A stretch of DNA of 53,665 nt from an uncultured Bacilli bacterium (GCA_934102055.1 CAKOSE010000004.1:1-53665), one strand, 5' to 3'; shown: positions 32,553-41,392, numbered from the stretch's first letter. The notes: generated from the sequence alone by a model not told the origin. Made by a program: numbers and translations.

Positions 32553-34583
32553 TTATGGTGTTATTATGAGGCGAGATGTGTCATCCGAAAAAACATTACC
32601 ATCATTGTTGCCTGAGGAAAACACTAAATTGCCAGTACCAGTATACGCACCACCTCGGCGAAGCCAAGGATAATTGCAATACACCAATGCGCCAAGATTT
32701 CTACCTGAACCATCATACACTTCTTTTATTCCATCTCCTAATTTACTTCTTATTCTAGTATATTTACTTGTACTAAAACTATATTTATCATAATATTTAC
32801 TATTTGGATATGCTATTCCTGCGTATGATGTATAATTACCTGAATCATATATTTTTCCCGTATATCCTGAATTTTGATTTGAATAAGCTCCACTCATCAT
32901 TGTTGTTCCATCGTTACTTACCATATTTCCCATTGTGTATTCAGTTGATCCTGCACTCATATCGTATACTCCATATATATTATGTGTTGTTGAGGCACTT
33001 GGTCCATCTTTTCCTTCCCCTATAGGCGTCTTTGTTACTTTTACTGTCGGACTATCAAAAACCTTTATATTTTTTATATATCCTGTATCTGTTCCTTTTG
33101 CTCCTGAATTATCTTTTCTATATGTAAAAGTTAATACATATTCACCTTTAGCTAATTTTTTTGATACATTTTTGTATGTTAATGCACTTTCTGTCGTTCC
33201 TAAAGTTGTGCCTCCTATTTTTGTACTTGTTCCTGTATCAGATAAAGTTGTTCCATCTTTTGTTATTGTATAGTATAAATAATCATAACTTGCACTTTCA
33301 CTTGACACACTCCAGTCAAATGATAAATATGTTTCATTTGTTGGTGCTGTAAAATTAAACTTCAAATTAGTTGTAGTAGAATTTTTTCCTTGATTAGAAC
33401 TCTTATATAAACCATCTGTTTCAGTCCAAGGATATGTCGTATCATTTGTAACTGTTGGGGAAATATTAGTTCCCCCAGTTATTGTGGTATTAGTTAGATA
33501 TTTTTGATTATATTTATATGTTCCATCTGATGTAAAAGAAGCACTAGAACTTCCTCCACTTCTTCCTGTATAATAGCTAGAACTATTATTTTTATTCACT
33601 TCTTTACATGTACCATCTGTACATGTTCCGTACTTAGAATGTGACAGATATGCGACTGCTCCCCATTCCATATTCTTTATCATATGTGTATCTGTTGTTG
33701 TTGATAGTCCATAGTTATTACCACTATTTTTCATATTCATTATGTTTGTTTCAAATGTACTAACCTTTTGATTTCTTAAACTTTGTACATCTGGTTTTGT
33801 AGTTATATTATCTATTGTTCCAGTAAGTTCGAATTTTCCTATCCAAAACCCTTTTATTTCTTCGCTTCCAAAAGTAAATGCTGGATGAGTATATGTTTTA
33901 TTATTACAAGTACTATCTGTACAAGTAGAATTTGTTTCTTTTAATTTACATGTTTCAGATGGTTTTCCCTCCGTTCCTGATATTGCATCTTGACATGAGA
34001 TTTCTCCATTTGATGCTGTACCATCTTCAAATGTTATTTCTATTTGCTGTTCATTACTACCAACTGTTCCATCACTATTATAATTCCATACTTTATATTT
34101 ATATCTTGGTATCCATACTTGCATAGTAAGTATATCATCCATTGGAATTGTTGTACCGTTTTCTGCAGATAAATATTTTGCTCTGTTGGTGCTTGATACT
34201 GTTACACTATTGGCCCATTTCTTTTCACAATAATCATACCAATTATTGCCTTTGTTTGTAGAATCTGCTTTTTTCCATGTTTCCGAATCTTCATCATAAT
34301 AAACTGGTATCATTGCATCATCTAATACTGGTGCATTTGGTTTATTCATACTACAGGTATCTACTGTTATCTCTATTGTCTTAGTACCCATTATTGTATC
34401 TGTAAATACTGCATATGTTGTGTTTACTTTATAGGAGACAATTCCTACTAAAACTAAGAATATTATACTTAAAGTTGATATAATATAAGGGTTAAACTCT
34501 TTTATATTTCTATTTAAAAAGTTATATAATTGCCCCCCCCCCCCAGACGAATATTTGTTTGGTTCTTGGTCTTTGTTTTTCAT
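32553..34583 (-). CDS. Phase-variable candidate: large Cys-rich surface/secreted protein with an FGE-sulfatase (C-type-lectin-like) fold interrupted by a beta-sandwich insert
   Basis: Intact 676-aa ORF with RBS AAAAGGAGTTAAAACTATG. Domain order: N-tail with the poly-G-encoded GGGG, a TM, the TTYAVFTD motif, a Cys-rich domain, then motifs GFWIGKFELTG, NMEWGAVAYLSHSKYG, IYGVYDMSAGSTEYT and WLRRGGAY. These resemble FGE-sulfatase family signatures. The domain assignment rests on motifs only. Confidence 0.85.
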   Translation of the reverse strand: MKNKDQEPNKYSSGGGGQLYNFLNRNIKEFNPYIISTLSIIFLVLVGIVSYKVNTTYAVFTDTIMGTKTIEITVDTCSMNKPNAPVLDDAMIPVYYDEDSETWKKADSTNKGNNWYDYCEKKWANSVTVSSTNRAKYLSAENGTTIPMDDILTMQVWIPRYKYKVWNYNSDGTVGSNEQQIEITFEDGTASNGEISCQDAISGTEGKPSETCKLKETNSTCTDSTCNNKTYTHPAFTFGSEEIKGFWIGKFELTGTIDNITTKPDVQSLRNQKVSTFETNIMNMKNSGNNYGLSTTTDTHMIKNMEWGAVAYLSHSKYGTCTDGTCKEVNKNNSSSYYTGRSGGSSSASFTSDGTYKYNQKYLTNTTITGGTNISPTVTNDTTYPWTETDGLYKSSNQGKNSTTTNLKFNFTAPTNETYLSFDWSVSSESASYDYLYYTITKDGTTLSDTGTSTKIGGTTLGTTESALTYKNVSKKLAKGEYVLTFTYRKDNSGAKGTDTGYIKNIKVFDSPTVKVTKTPIGEGKDGPSASTTHNIYGVYDMSAGSTEYTMGNMVSNDGTTMMSGAYSNQNSGYTGKIYDSGNYTSYAGIAYPNSKYYDKYSFSTSKYTRIRSKLGDGIKEVYDGSGRNLGALVYCNYPWLRRGGAYTGTGNLVFSSGNNDGNVFSDDTSRLIITP

Positions 34584-34601
34584 AGTTTTAACTCCTTTTT
34601 A
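33800..34601 (-). repeat. Dispersed direct repeat: conserved 5' module shared with 1030-1837
   Basis: See the feature at 1030-1837. Same orientation, about 31 kb apart. Confidence 0.75.
34533..34544 (-). repeat. Homopolymeric tract, 12 x G on the coding strand, encoding Gly4 in frame
   Basis: Counted directly: 8 C at 34533-34540 plus 4 C at 34541-34544. The coding strand reads TCG TCT GGG GGG GGG GGG CAA TTA, translating to SSGGGGQL. Confidence 0.95.
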
Positions 34602-34621
34602 TGATATTTATCTTTAAGTTA

Positions 34622-34650
34622 ATTCTATAATAAAAATAATACTTTTTCAA
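34622..34650 (-). promoter_or_regulatory. Sigma-A-like promoter (TTGAAA-N17-TAGAAT) of the phase-variable gene, embedded in the upstream gene's terminator hairpin
   Basis: On the minus strand: TTGAAA (34650-34645), a 17-nt spacer, TAGAAT (34627-34622). The hairpin is AATAATACTT-GAAA-AAGTATTATT. This cassette is homologous to 7498-7530. Confidence 0.5.
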
Positions 34651-34665
34651 GTATTATTTTATTTT

Positions 34666-35196
34666 TTACTTATAAATATCTACTCCGTATTTATGTTCTA
34701 CTATATCATAGAATATGTAATTTCTTGGAGGATTTATTGTTAAACTTAAAAGTGTTACATAACCTAGTATTATTAATATTATTGATACTTTGTTTAGTAA
34801 TTTATTTTCTTTTCCATAGTTTAATAGATAATAACTAAATATTTGTTCTAGGATTATTACTATTACTAGAAGAGATATGGATATTATCATGTTTTCTCCG
34901 AACATATCGTAAAGTGGTAAATAAATGATTAAGTAAAGTATTATACTTGTGATCATCATGAGGAAGGTAACTGTAAAGAAATTATTGGTGTTAATATTCT
35001 TTTTTTTATAGATGATGTATTCAATTATATTAAAAGTTAAGATACCACTATAAAGGAGTTTCATGTGTTCCCATATACTTTCGTTAACTGGAAAGAAAAT
35101 TTCGAATATAGGATTTGGAAACCATTCATATAAGAAATGATATAGTACTGTTAAGAGGAATGTTATAATTACTCCGATTATTTTTATTTTTTTCAT
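34666..35196 (-). CDS. Polytopic membrane protein of unknown function
   Basis: Five to six hydrophobic segments and an N-terminal FPVNESIWEHMKLLY motif. The start is set at MKKIKI behind GGTGATAGTG. Confidence 0.65.
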   Translation of the reverse strand: MKKIKIIGVIITFLLTVLYHFLYEWFPNPIFEIFFPVNESIWEHMKLLYSGILTFNIIEYIIYKKKNINTNNFFTVTFLMMITSIILYLIIYLPLYDMFGENMIISISLLVIVIILEQIFSYYLLNYGKENKLLNKVSIILIILGYVTLLSLTINPPRNYIFYDIVEHKYGVDIYK

Positions 35197-35254
35197 CACT
35201 ATCACCATTTTTATTATATGAAAAAAAGTGTTTTTTTATTTTTATTTGTAACAC

Positions 35255-35692
35255 TTATTTTTCTATTATTATAGTTACAGGACCATCATTTGTTAAGGAT
35301 ACTTTCATGTCTTCTCTGAAAACACCTGTTTCTATGTTTATTCCTGTTTCTTTTAGTTCTTTATTGAATTTATCATATAGGATGGTTGCTTCTTCTTGTT
35401 TTAGGGCTTCTACGTAGCTGGGTCTATTTCCTTTTTTTGTATTTGCATAAAGAGTAAATTGTGATACTGAGAGTATTTGTCCTTTTACGTCTTTTATTGA
35501 TAAGTTCATGATACCGTTTTCATCGTCAAATATTCTTAGGTTTACTAATTTGTTTACAATCCATTTTATGTTTTCTTCTGTGTCGTTTTGGGTAAATCCT
35601 ACTAGGACTAGTAATCCTTTATCTATTTTACCTACTACTTTATCTTTTATTTCTACTTTTGCATTTGTAACTCTTTGTAATACTACTTTCAT
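35255..35692 (-). CDS. dtd: D-aminoacyl-tRNA deacylase
   Basis: MKVVLQRV, SQFTLYA and NDGPVT motifs. Confidence 0.9.
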   Translation of the reverse strand: MKVVLQRVTNAKVEIKDKVVGKIDKGLLVLVGFTQNDTEENIKWIVNKLVNLRIFDDENGIMNLSIKDVKGQILSVSQFTLYANTKKGNRPSYVEALKQEEATILYDKFNKELKETGINIETGVFREDMKVSLTNDGPVTIIIEK

Positions 35693-37839
35693 CTCATGAT
35701 CCTTTCTACGTCATTTACGTGATTTATTTTTGTTAAGCCTGTTATGTATTTGTTTAGTGATTCTTTATCTTTTACAAGTACATTTACTGAGTAAACGTTG
35801 TTTGTGCTTTTATTTATTAAGTTAACGCTTTCTATTATAATGTTCATAGCGGATGCTGTTTGAACTATATCTACTATTATGTTATCACTTGATGTTGTAT
35901 GGATAATTAGTTCACTGTTATATTTATTGTCTATATTTGGGTTCCAACTTGCACTTATTGTTCTTTCATCGAGGTATTCGATGTTTTGACATTCTTTTCT
36001 ATGTATTTTTATTCCGTTTGTACGGGTAATGTATCCTACTATTTCATCTCCTGGGACAGGCAAACAACAATTAGCTATATGTGTTTCTATATTTTTTGTT
36101 TGTCCTACTATTATATCATTATCACTACTTTTAATGACTATTTTTAGTGGTTTTTTTTCTTCTTGGACTGAATCTTTGTTTAGTGATTTTATTATTGTTT
36201 TAGGAGAGTATTTATTATTTCCTATATTTAGATAAATTTCTTCGATGGTTTTTAGTTTGAATTTTGAATATATTATTTTTAGATTTTCTTCGGATAAGAA
36301 GTCTTGTACGGGGATTTTTTTTCTTCTTAGTTCTTTTTCTAAGAGATCTTTTCCTTGATTTATATAATCTTCTTTAGTAGTTCTGTTGAAGAAGCTTTTT
36401 ATTTTGTTTCTGGCTCCGGTTGTTTTTACTATGTTTAACCAACTTCTTGATGGTCCTTTTGAGTTGTTATTTGTTATTATTTTGATTATATCGGCGTTTT
36501 TTAGTTCATAATTAAGGGGAACCATATTATTATTTACTATTGCTCCGGTCATTTTATCTCCGACTTGGGAATGGACTCTGTAGGCGAAGTCGATAGTTGT
36601 TGCGCCTTTTGGAAGTTCTATTACGTCTCCCTTTGGGGTATATACGTATATATTGTTGTTTAAAACTTCGTTTTTTACTTTATCTACAAAGTCTTCACTA
36701 GTAAGTTTATCGTCTTTAAGTTCTATTATTGATTTATAGAATTGAAGTTTTTGTTCTGTTATATTTTGCATTTCTACAGCGGCATTTTTTTGTTCTTTAT
36801 AAGCCCAGTGGGATGCTATACCATTTTCTGCGATTTCGTCCATATCATAGGTTCTTATTTGGATTTCGAAGAGATTACCTCCTAGGCCGAATACGGTGGT
36901 ATGGAGTGTTTGATAAAGATTGGTTTTGGGGTTAGCGATATAATCTTTGAATCTTTTTGAGACTGGTTTATATTTTGAATGGATAAGTCCTAGAGCTAAA
37001 TAGCATTCTTGTTCTTTATCTACTAGTATTCTTATTGCTAGAAGATCATAAATGTCATTGAAACTTCTTCCTTTATCTAGTTTTTTATAGATGCTGTAAA
37101 TACTTTTTGCTCTTCCTTTGATCTCGTGTTTTATACCGTTTTGAGTAAGTAAATTACTTACTTCGGCCATCATTTTTTTAACCCATTCTTCTCTTTCTTT
37201 TTTGGTTTTATTTAGTTTTTCTGCGACATCGCGATAGGCTTCTGGTTTTAGATATTTTAACGCGAGTTCTTCTAGTTCGCTTTTTATTTTATTCATACCT
37301 AGTCTATGAGCAATTGGGGCAAGTATTTCTAGGGTTTCTTTTGATTTTCTTTTTTGTTTTTCGTGATCAAGAGCATATAGGGTTCTCATATTGTGAAGAC
37401 GATCTGCTAGTTTTATTATTATTACTCTTACGTCTTCGCTCATTCCTACGATTATTTTTTTATAATAACTGGTTAAATATTCATTATCTGTTGAGACGTT
37501 TATGTTGTTTATTTTGGTTACTCCATCAACAAGACTTGCTACTACTGGCCCAAATTCTTTTTCTAAATCTTCTTTACTTGTTTCAGTATCTTCGACTACG
37601 TCATGAAGAAGTGCGGCTATTATAGTATCTTTATCGGCGTTTATAGAGGTTAAGATATGTGCTACGAAAAGAGGATGAACTATATATTCTTCTCCTGTTC
37701 TTCTGTATTGTCCTTTGTGTTTTTCTTTTGCATATAGATATGCTCTTTTTATTTCTTTTTGTTCTTCAGGAGATAAGTATTTTTTTATTTGTTTTTCTAA
37801 ATTTTCATATGTAATTGTTCTGTTAGTCAAGGAAATCAC
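35689..37839 (-). CDS. relA: Bifunctional (p)ppGpp synthetase/hydrolase Rel
   Basis: HD hydrolase (HPLFVAHIL, LHDVVEDT), a synthetase domain (YRSLHT-like QTLHTTV, EIQIRT), then TGS and ACT regions. Confidence 0.95.
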   Translation of the reverse strand: MISLTNRTITYENLEKQIKKYLSPEEQKEIKRAYLYAKEKHKGQYRRTGEEYIVHPLFVAHILTSINADKDTIIAALLHDVVEDTETSKEDLEKEFGPVVASLVDGVTKINNINVSTDNEYLTSYYKKIIVGMSEDVRVIIIKLADRLHNMRTLYALDHEKQKRKSKETLEILAPIAHRLGMNKIKSELEELALKYLKPEAYRDVAEKLNKTKKEREEWVKKMMAEVSNLLTQNGIKHEIKGRAKSIYSIYKKLDKGRSFNDIYDLLAIRILVDKEQECYLALGLIHSKYKPVSKRFKDYIANPKTNLYQTLHTTVFGLGGNLFEIQIRTYDMDEIAENGIASHWAYKEQKNAAVEMQNITEQKLQFYKSIIELKDDKLTSEDFVDKVKNEVLNNNIYVYTPKGDVIELPKGATTIDFAYRVHSQVGDKMTGAIVNNNMVPLNYELKNADIIKIITNNNSKGPSRSWLNIVKTTGARNKIKSFFNRTTKEDYINQGKDLLEKELRRKKIPVQDFLSEENLKIIYSKFKLKTIEEIYLNIGNNKYSPKTIIKSLNKDSVQEEKKPLKIVIKSSDNDIIVGQTKNIETHIANCCLPVPGDEIVGYITRTNGIKIHRKECQNIEYLDERTISASWNPNIDNKYNSELIIHTTSSDNIIVDIVQTASAMNIIIESVNLINKSTNNVYSVNVLVKDKESLNKYITGLTKINHVNDVERIMR

Positions 37840-38045
37840 CTCATATCTTTTATATCTAATTTTAATATATCGTTTACTATTTCATTTAAAGATAGGTTTT
37901 TACTATGCATCCATTTACTTTGTTTTAAATGCATAAATATTTCTTCTTCATTGATGTTATATCCAAGTAGTTTAAAATCGTCTTTTCTTTTACTTAAAGC
38001 TGGCATTATTCTATCTTTTAATTCTTCTAGGGAACTGAAATTCAT
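37836..38045 (-). CDS. ComN-like post-transcriptional regulator family protein
   Basis: A 69-aa protein with FKLLGYNINEEEIFMHLKQSKW...LNEIVNDIL, resembling the ComN/YrzD family pattern. Confidence 0.5.
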   Translation of the reverse strand: MNFSSLEELKDRIMPALSKRKDDFKLLGYNINEEEIFMHLKQSKWMHSKNLSLNEIVNDILKLDIKDMR

Positions 38046-38905
38046 GTATTATCACCTCTCTTAAACATTATATATGGTTTCATTTTATCTTGATAAGGTC
38101 CGTATAAGGATAGTTCACAATTATTTTTTACAAATAATATATAGTTTTCACTTATTTTAGGAATTATTCCTCCGTTTATTATCTCTTTTTCATATTCTTT
38201 TATGGGCTCCATTACTTTTGGATTTAGGACTTCTTTTACACTTAGTAATTTATAATTATCATTTTCTATATCATATAAACTATAGGAATCTTTTATATTA
38301 AAGGGACCTTGAGTAATTCTTTCTAAACTGTTCATGCAAAGAGGAATATTAAGTTTTTTTGATAAGTCGTTTATTAGACTTCTTATATATGTTCCTTTTG
38401 AGACGTGACAGGTAAAGGAGAAGTATTGTTTTTTGTCTTTTATATATAGATTTATATCATTTATGTCATATATGGTTACTTCTTTTTTAGGAAGGGTAAC
38501 TGGGATATTATTTCTTGCGTATTCATATAGTTTTTTTCCGTTTACTTTAACTGCACTATAGATTGGTACTTCTTGTAGATAGGTTTTTTCAAAGGATTTT
38601 AACTGTTTTTCTAAGTCTTCTTTTGTTATTAATTTATCTTGTTTTGAAAGTATGTTTCCTGTTATATCATAGGTATCTGTTTTTGTTCCTACTAGTGCTT
38701 CTACTTTGTATGTTTTATTATCAAAGATATTAAAGTTACCTAGTTTAGTAAGTGATCCTATTCCTATTACTAATAATCCTGTTGCCATGGGATCTAGTGT
38801 TCCGAAATGTCCTACTTTTCTTGTGTTAAATTTTTTTGATATGATATTGACAATGTCTCTTGAGGTATATCCTTTTTCTTTGTTTATGAGAATTATTTTA
38901 TCCAT
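38042..38905 (-). CDS. truB: tRNA pseudouridine-55 synthase
   Basis: GHFGTLDPMATGLLVIGIG catalytic motif. Confidence 0.9.
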   Translation of the reverse strand: MDKIILINKEKGYTSRDIVNIISKKFNTRKVGHFGTLDPMATGLLVIGIGSLTKLGNFNIFDNKTYKVEALVGTKTDTYDITGNILSKQDKLITKEDLEKQLKSFEKTYLQEVPIYSAVKVNGKKLYEYARNNIPVTLPKKEVTIYDINDINLYIKDKKQYFSFTCHVSKGTYIRSLINDLSKKLNIPLCMNSLERITQGPFNIKDSYSLYDIENDNYKLLSVKEVLNPKVMEPIKEYEKEIINGGIIPKISENYILFVKNNCELSLYGPYQDKMKPYIMFKRGDNT

Positions 38906-38961
38906 GTTATCACTTCCAAATATATATAGATTATAACAGAAAAATGAAGATATTTAAACCT

Positions 38962-40722
38962 TCACATTGCTCTTTTGAATAGTTTTTCTAGTTCATAGAA
39001 ACTATAATTTATAATAGTAGGTCTTCCATGGGGACAAGTATATGGGTTTTCACACTTTAAAAGGGTTTCTAAGAGTTTTTCTGCTTCTTCTAGGGAGATA
39101 TAGTCATTTGCTTTAATGGCCATCTTACAAGAAAGGTTTATGGCAATTTTTTCGTTAAACTTTTCTTTTGAGAAGTCTTTTTCATGGATGATAATTTCGA
39201 TTATTTTTCTTAGGGACTCAGTTATATATCTTTTGTTTATCCATTTTGGATGTTTTCTTATTATTATGACATTTTGTCCAAACTCTTCGTATGATATTCC
39301 TACTCTTTCTATTATAGATTTCTTTTCTTTTAATTCAAGGAATTCTTCGTTTGTAAATTCTAGTTTTATTGGCACAAGTACATCTGTAAATTCCATAGTT
39401 TCTTTGCCTAGTTCTTTTTTATATTTTTCATAGTTTATTCTTTCTTGTGCTGCGTGTTGATCTATTAGATGCATACCATCATCGTTTTCTCCGACTATAT
39501 ATGTGTTTCTAACTATTCCCACGGGAGTTATTTTTTTAACTGTTTTTTTATTTGTTTCTTGTGTGTCTGTTATGTAAGGGATTTCTTCTTCGTTTGCGTT
39601 AAAATCAAAGGTTACCTCTTCGTATATTGGTTTTATTTCTTGTTTTTCTTTAAAGTCTAAGTCTTTGTTTATAGTAGTTATTTTATCAATGTTGGATACT
39701 ACTTTTTCTGATGATTTAATTTCTGGGACAAGGATTAATTTTAGTAAAGCATTATTTATGGTGTGTCTAATTAATTCTAGTAATTCTTCTTGTTTAGAGA
39801 ACTTAATATCCATCTTAGTAGGATGAACGTTTACATCTATTATAGTAGGATCTGATTCTATGTTTAGGACTACAACAGGATATCTTCCGATTGGTAAATA
39901 GGTATGATAAGCTTCTAGGATGGTTTTTATAACAGAGTTATTTCTTATGTATCTACCATTTACAAACATGGTTATAAAGTTTCTAGATGCTCTATTTACT
40001 TCTGGGTAGGAAATGTATCCATTTATGTCGTAATCACTATTAGATGAGTTTATCTTTATCATTTTTTTAGTAACATCAAGACCATATATACTATTTATAA
40101 CTTTTAAAAGATTACCAGATCCATCGGTATTAAGTAGAACTTTTTCATTATTTGTGAGAACAAACTTTATATTAGGATAAGAAAGTGCCATTTTATTTAC
40201 ATATGAGGTTATATTAGCAAGTTCAGTATGAAGGTTTCTTATATATTTAAGTCTTGCTGGGGTGTTATAGAAAATATCTCTTACAGTTATCTTAGTTCCT
40301 GTTCTTAAACTTGATTCACTTGTGCTAGAAATTACTCCGCCATTTATAACTACTAAAGTGCCACATGTTCCATCTGAAGTTTCTATTTGCATCTTAGAAA
40401 CAGAGGCAATAGATGGAAGAGCTTCTCCTCTAAAGCCTAAGGTATCTATATGAAACAAGTCATCATCATTATATAGTTTACTAGTTGCATGTCTTTTTAA
40501 ACAATTAGTGGCATCAATTCTGCTCATACCTATGCCATCATCAGAAACACAAATCTCTCTGGTACCAGCATCTATTAAAGAAATTTTTATACTGGTAGAA
40601 GATGCATCTATACTATTTTCAACAAGTTCTTTAACAACGTTCATTAAAGTTTCCACAACCTCTCCTGCTGCAATCTTATTGGAAAGGTTTATATCCATTA
40701 CTTTTATTTTGTCCATAATCAT
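38962..40722 (-). CDS. mutL: DNA mismatch repair protein MutL
   Basis: GHKL ATPase N-terminus (IAAGEVVE, ELVENSIDA, DDGIGM) and a C-terminal dimerisation/endonuclease domain (DQHAAQERI, CPHGRP). Confidence 0.95.
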   Translation of the reverse strand: MIMDKIKVMDINLSNKIAAGEVVETLMNVVKELVENSIDASSTSIKISLIDAGTREICVSDDGIGMSRIDATNCLKRHATSKLYNDDDLFHIDTLGFRGEALPSIASVSKMQIETSDGTCGTLVVINGGVISSTSESSLRTGTKITVRDIFYNTPARLKYIRNLHTELANITSYVNKMALSYPNIKFVLTNNEKVLLNTDGSGNLLKVINSIYGLDVTKKMIKINSSNSDYDINGYISYPEVNRASRNFITMFVNGRYIRNNSVIKTILEAYHTYLPIGRYPVVVLNIESDPTIIDVNVHPTKMDIKFSKQEELLELIRHTINNALLKLILVPEIKSSEKVVSNIDKITTINKDLDFKEKQEIKPIYEEVTFDFNANEEEIPYITDTQETNKKTVKKITPVGIVRNTYIVGENDDGMHLIDQHAAQERINYEKYKKELGKETMEFTDVLVPIKLEFTNEEFLELKEKKSIIERVGISYEEFGQNVIIIRKHPKWINKRYITESLRKIIEIIIHEKDFSKEKFNEKIAINLSCKMAIKANDYISLEEAEKLLETLLKCENPYTCPHGRPTIINYSFYELEKLFKRAM

Positions 40723-40731
40723 TTCTTCTTT

Positions 40732-41349
40732 CTATCCAAAGTACTTACAAAGTGGTCTTTGGCTTAAACTAGTATCTCCTGAAAAGTCATTTATTATTTC
40801 ATCACCATTACGCATTATTTTTATGCATAACATTTCTTCTTCTGAAGGAGTAAATTTGCTTGGTTTGCTATCCATTTTACATTTTTTTACTATTTCTTGT
40901 TTTCCATCTTTTGTTTGAATACTAGTTTCTATTAGACAGGCACCATCTTTTATATATTGTTCTTCTCGTTCTTCATCGTTTGAAAATTTTTTGGTATAAG
41001 AGTCCATTCCTAACAAATCCCCTTTTTTCACTAATGTTATTGTACTTCCTGTTAATTCTTCTTGTGTTAATCTTTTTCCATCGAATGTAAATTCACCAAA
41101 GTATGATTTTTCTTCTTCTTTCATGTCGTCATTTAAAACTATCTTTGTTTCTGGAACTTGTCCTTTCATTATCATATCTTGTCTATATTTGTCATAAGTG
41201 GCTTCGATGGATGAATGTAGTTCTGTTAAATCCATATCTCTTGCGTCTTTTCTATATCTAGATACACTTACTAGTGCTATTGTAGATAAAATTCCTAATA
41301 TAACTATTACTGCTAATAGTTCTACTATTGTAAATCCCTTATTTTTCAT
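40732..41349 (-). CDS. Type IV pilin-like protein (205 aa) with two Cys pairs
   Basis: MKNKG/FTIVELLAVIVILGILSTIALV is a class III signal with E+5. RBS GAGGTG. It ends 9 nt upstream of the mutL ORF. Confidence 0.85.
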   Translation of the reverse strand: MKNKGFTIVELLAVIVILGILSTIALVSVSRYRKDARDMDLTELHSSIEATYDKYRQDMIMKGQVPETKIVLNDDMKEEEKSYFGEFTFDGKRLTQEELTGSTITLVKKGDLLGMDSYTKKFSNDEEREEQYIKDGACLIETSIQTKDGKQEIVKKCKMDSKPSKFTPSEEEMLCIKIMRNGDEIINDFSGDTSLSQRPLCKYFG

Positions 41350-41392
41350 TCTTACACCTCAGGAATATTTTAACATAAAAAAAGGAGTTTAA

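Noticed and set aside
32553-32720. Possible diversity-generating retroelement variable region at the 3' end of the FGE-like gene
   Set aside because: No reverse transcriptase ORF, no template repeat and no adenine-specific mismatch pattern are visible in the window. The downstream non-coding DNA is an ATPase remnant. It is kept only as a check to run genome-wide.
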